Below, one piece after another: positions 24,390 through 27,594 of a stretch of DNA of 27,594 nucleotides. The stretch is taken from positions 1 through 27,594 of the IMG/VR virus record IMGVR_UViG_3300032239_001203; one strand, 5' to 3'. The translations under genes were made by a program, and so were the position numbers. The stretch's first letter is position 1. The number at the start of each line of letters is the position of its first letter. The DNA is from a virus. Its lineage: Duplodnaviria; Caudoviricetes. The notes below the pieces were generated by a model. The model was not told the DNA's origin. It worked only from the letters and a program-made list of their open reading frames with translations, and did not search any database.

Positions 24390-26086
24390 CACCTATAATC
24401 CCACATATGAGATCTATCTCCATATTCATCAACATTCCATATCTCTGCTGTTTCTAACTCATTTTTAGCAGTTGCAAACATCCATCGATCTCCAGTTGTA
24501 ACATCAATAGTTACATCAATATCTTCTAAACCATCTGAAATAAATCCAAATGGTGACATATCCTGTTCGATTTGATTTTTTTGTTCCTCATAGATTCTTT
24601 TACGAACATCATTGTTCGTCATTTCTTTGAAATAGTCCTGGGCGACTAACCAAGAAAAAATAACCAAGCACATTGCAAGATCATCATTACAACCTTCTTC
24701 TGCTTCAAATGAATTATGGCGCTGTGCGAATGTTGTTAATTCTGATATAATATCATAATCAACTGTCAATAATTTGTCATCTTCCATTAAGGTTTTTAAG
24801 TTAGAGCATCCTAACTTTTTAACCGCAGCGGTCATTCTTATACCAAGTTGAGATTTCTTCCCACTAAATCCTGAACCTACTATTTGACCTGCTCTTCCCC
24901 TCATAGAACACATTAGGACATTGTCATATTCGAGATCAAAATGTAATATATTTGCAACCTGGTCCCCAAGATCATTTACTTCTATCAATAACCAACAATC
25001 ATTGTATCCCTTTGAAACCTCGTGAATGATATTTGGGAATAGCATAGGTTTAATTTCATTATTTCTATACTTTCCTACAATTTTATATGGAAAATTGGTT
25101 ATATCGAAAATAACAAAAGCAGAATAATCATTTCCCATCCCACGAGCAACATCAACAGTAATTAGATAGTTATGATCTTCTTTTGGAGATTCGTAAATAT
25201 CTAATCCAGCATTTCTCCTAATAGGATTTTCATAAGCAAAGTTTCTAAGTTTTGCTGGACTAATGAGAGTATTAACCGATCCTAAAAATTCACATTCAAA
25301 CTCAACTTTGAACTGTTGTTCGCTGGTGTTTGCAATCGTCTGCTCCTTCCATACCTGATCTCTACCAGGCACTTCCGACCAATGAACGTCTGTAGGAACA
25401 TATTCGTTCTTGCCCCTCTCAGCATCGTGCCACATACGGTAGAAGTGATTCATACCACGAGGGGTAGAAACAATAATTACTTTTGTTGAATTACCAGAAG
25501 AAATGGTAGGATAAACCGATGCAAAGAAGTCATCAGCAATGTGATTTGGAATGAACGCAAATTCATCCAAGAAGATGATATTATATGAACCACCACGAAC
25601 AGCAGATGATGATGTGGAGTTTGATGATATTTTAGAACCATTCTCAAGTTCCAAAGAACCTTTGTTCCAAGATATAACACCCTGTTGCATCCACTTGGGT
25701 AAGTTCTCATAAGCAAGTTGCAATCTATTAAGAAGATCTCTTGCTGTAGATGCCTTGTTTGCTAGAATAGCAATATTAACATTATCGTTAAAGACTGCAT
25801 AGTGAAGAAGATAAGATACACAGGTAGTTGATTTACCTGTCTGGCGAGGCATCTTGCAGATATTAAATCTATGGTCGTGGAAATTTTTAATTAATTTCTC
25901 CTGGAACGGATACATCTTGAAAGGTTGTAGTCCGTGGTCGAGAGTAACAATCTTAATATAATTCCGTGCAAAATATACAGGATCCTCTTTACACTTTAAG
26001 AACTCAATAATTTGTTCTTGTGTAAATTGAATCTGTGTATTTGCCCTTTTTAGATTGGGATTACCTAAGTAAATGCTATCGGACAT
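24389..26086 (-). CDS. gp17: Terminase large subunit
   Basis: YLGNPNLK, PRQTGKST, FLDEFAF, STPRG, TVDVARG, GCNDDLAM. Confidence 0.98.
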   Translation of the reverse strand: MSDSIYLGNPNLKRANTQIQFTQEQIIEFLKCKEDPVYFARNYIKIVTLDHGLQPFKMYPFQEKLIKNFHDHRFNICKMPRQTGKSTTCVSYLLHYAVFNDNVNIAILANKASTARDLLNRLQLAYENLPKWMQQGVISWNKGSLELENGSKISSNSTSSSAVRGGSYNIIFLDEFAFIPNHIADDFFASVYPTISSGNSTKVIIVSTPRGMNHFYRMWHDAERGKNEYVPTDVHWSEVPGRDQVWKEQTIANTSEQQFKVEFECEFLGSVNTLISPAKLRNFAYENPIRRNAGLDIYESPKEDHNYLITVDVARGMGNDYSAFVIFDITNFPYKIVGKYRNNEIKPMLFPNIIHEVSKGYNDCWLLIEVNDLGDQVANILHFDLEYDNVLMCSMRGRAGQIVGSGFSGKKSQLGIRMTAAVKKLGCSNLKTLMEDDKLLTVDYDIISELTTFAQRHNSFEAEEGCNDDLAMCLVIFSWLVAQDYFKEMTNNDVRKRIYEEQKNQIEQDMSPFGFISDGLEDIDVTIDVTTGDRWMFATAKNELETAEIWNVDEYGDRSHMWDYR

Positions 26087-26095
26087 AAGTCTTAA

Positions 26096-27594
26096 TCAAA
26101 CCCCACCATATGCAAATATCCAAACACCACCAACAGCAGTTGAAGTTGAGAATAGTTCAATCATCATACTTGCTTGAGCAGCACCGCCACCACCTAATTG
26201 GTAAACATTACTACCATTACTACACTGACTTGCAGTTACTCCAGTAAATGTAAAAGTATTTGCACCAGTATGAGGAGTAATAAAAATCCTAATTCCTCTA
26301 TTTGCTGTAAAATTAGTTAGTGTAACTGTTCTATTTCCATTAGCACTTGGTTGCCAGAATATTACATCTGGTCCAGTAAAATCTACTGTAAGTGTGCTTG
26401 CCTGTGTAGTAGAAGTAGAAATAAAATTAGATGGTGTTGAACTAATAGTAACTTGACCTGTAGAACCAGAAATCGTAACACCAGCACCAGCAACAATAGA
26501 AGTTACAATACCAGTTAGATTTGTTCCAGAACCACTATAAGAAGTTGCAGTAACTACACCAGAGAATGTTCCACCATCACTACTTACAAGTTTAGTAGTA
26601 GTTACAATCCCAACACTCATTCCAAATGATGAAGTATTTCCATAACCTAATACTGAATCTAAATTTTGTGTTCCAGTAATCGTAACAATACCAATTCCAT
26701 TCGCAGGTGAAATTGTAACTCCACTTCCAGCAATAATTTGATTGACAATCGTTGGTTTGTTGAGAATAGATGCAACACCAACAGTTGAAGTCCAATCACT
26801 ATTGACTTGAGCAACTGCATTAATAGTAACTCTTCCTGTTGAACCTGATACTGTAATTCCACCAGTACCAGCAACAATAGAAGTCACAATACCAGTTAGA
26901 TTTACACCATTACCAGTATAAGAAGTTGCAGATACAACTCCAACATTAATTCCAAGTGCCGAAGTATTTCCGTTGGTTAATACAGAATCTAAATTTTGTG
27001 TTCCAGTTGCATTAATCGTAACTGTACCAATTCCATTAGACGGAGATAGTGATACACCAGTTCCTCCAATAATTTTATTAACAATCGTTGGTTTGTTTAG
27101 AATTGCAGTAACACCAACAGTGGCATTCCAATCAGAATTAAGTTGTGTTCTTGGTCCAGGAATTTGGTCGTAATGGGATCCATTATGAATTAGCAAATCA
27201 CCATCTTGAAGTGTTAATGGTCCATTACCAAAATTAGTTGTACCAACTCCAATTGTACCAACTCCAACTACCGTATATTCCCAACCTGCTTGTCCTGTTG
27301 TGTCTGCTATTCCTGGAGTATTGGTAACAACATTATATGTTCCTTTGTAAATAACAGCACCAGTAATAGTTGGAGGTGTCTCCCAAGACATTACATAATT
27401 ACCAGCAACATTAGTTACCTTAAGGAACTTATCTGCAGTTCCTGCAGTTTGAGGTGGGAAATATGTTAATCTTGAATTATCATAGAAAGTGATACCACTG
27501 GTACTACCTGCACTTACAAATGATAAACCAGTATAATCAATATCCGCACTTGAAGTTTGAATTGAAGTTGAGTTTGGTGGTGTTAATTGGAAAC
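26096..27594 (-). CDS. Fibre-like virion structural protein, partial (5' end outside window)
   Basis: G/T/V/S-rich with internal repeats. The frame stays open upstream of the ATG at 27391 to the window edge (FQLTPPNSTSIQ...DKFLKVTNVAGNYVMSWE). Confidence 0.75.
   Translation of the reverse strand, partial: FQLTPPNSTSIQTSSADIDYTGLSFVSAGSTSGITFYDNSRLTYFPPQTAGTADKFLKVTNVAGNYVMSWETPPTITGAVIYKGTYNVVTNTPGIADTTGQAGWEYTVVGVGTIGVGTTNFGNGPLTLQDGDLLIHNGSHYDQIPGPRTQLNSDWNATVGVTAILNKPTIVNKIIGGTGVSLSPSNGIGTVTINATGTQNLDSVLTNGNTSALGINVGVVSATSYTGNGVNLTGIVTSIVAGTGGITVSGSTGRVTINAVAQVNSDWTSTVGVASILNKPTIVNQIIAGSGVTISPANGIGIVTITGTQNLDSVLGYGNTSSFGMSVGIVTTTKLVSSDGGTFSGVVTATSYSGSGTNLTGIVTSIVAGAGVTISGSTGQVTISSTPSNFISTSTTQASTLTVDFTGPDVIFWQPSANGNRTVTLTNFTANRGIRIFITPHTGANTFTFTGVTASQCSNGSNVYQLGGGGAAQASMMIELFSTSTAVGGVWIFAYGGV
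26438..27145 (-). repeat. Intragenic tandem duplication of about 112-124 aa
   Basis: QLNSDWNATVGVTAILNKPTIVN...TQNLDSVL...NLTGIVTSIVAG...SGSTGRVTI (27145-26810) versus QVNSDWTSTVGVASILNKPTIVN...TQNLDSVL...NLTGIVTSIVAG...SGSTGQVTI (26809-~26438). Confidence 0.9.

Noticed and set aside
15444-26086. Introns or inteins in gp17, gp18, gp20 or gp23
   Set aside because: The ORFs are continuous, of normal length, and lack intein motifs.

Overview
This window comes from a T4-like myovirus that looks like a cyanophage (Kyanoviridae-like). The evidence is the short gp55, the CobS/CobT-like pair, a DUF3110-like gene between gp47 and gp46, and the absence of gp24 after gp23. All credible genes are on the minus strand. 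Read right to left they are: partial fibre-like protein, gp17, Zn-finger ORF, gp18, gp19, gp20, two small head-region genes, gp21, gp22, gp23, gp3, uvsY, an inserted gene, uvsW, hypothetical, gp55, gp47, hypothetical, gp46, short UDP-glucose dehydrogenase, 46-aa basic ORF, inserted gene, CobT-like VWA protein, inserted gene, CobS-like AAA+, DUF3310-like, gp45, HEXXH peptidase and a partial pyrimidine-dimer-glycosylase-like gene. The most interesting signal is three self-contained cassettes inserted among non-structural genes, each made of a late promoter, a basic cargo gene and a terminator. Their products carry T4 internal-protein-like capsid-targeting motifs and/or gp21-type (I/L)xE cleavage sites. 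One has an HNH/AHH-like nuclease motif and one looks like an acidic/basic polyprotein, which suggests a set of capsid-packaged, injected effectors. Also present are a repeated dyad-box...TATAAT promoter module with embedded terminators and a bidirectional sigma70 promoter at gp55. All protein calls are by eye and no database searches were run.
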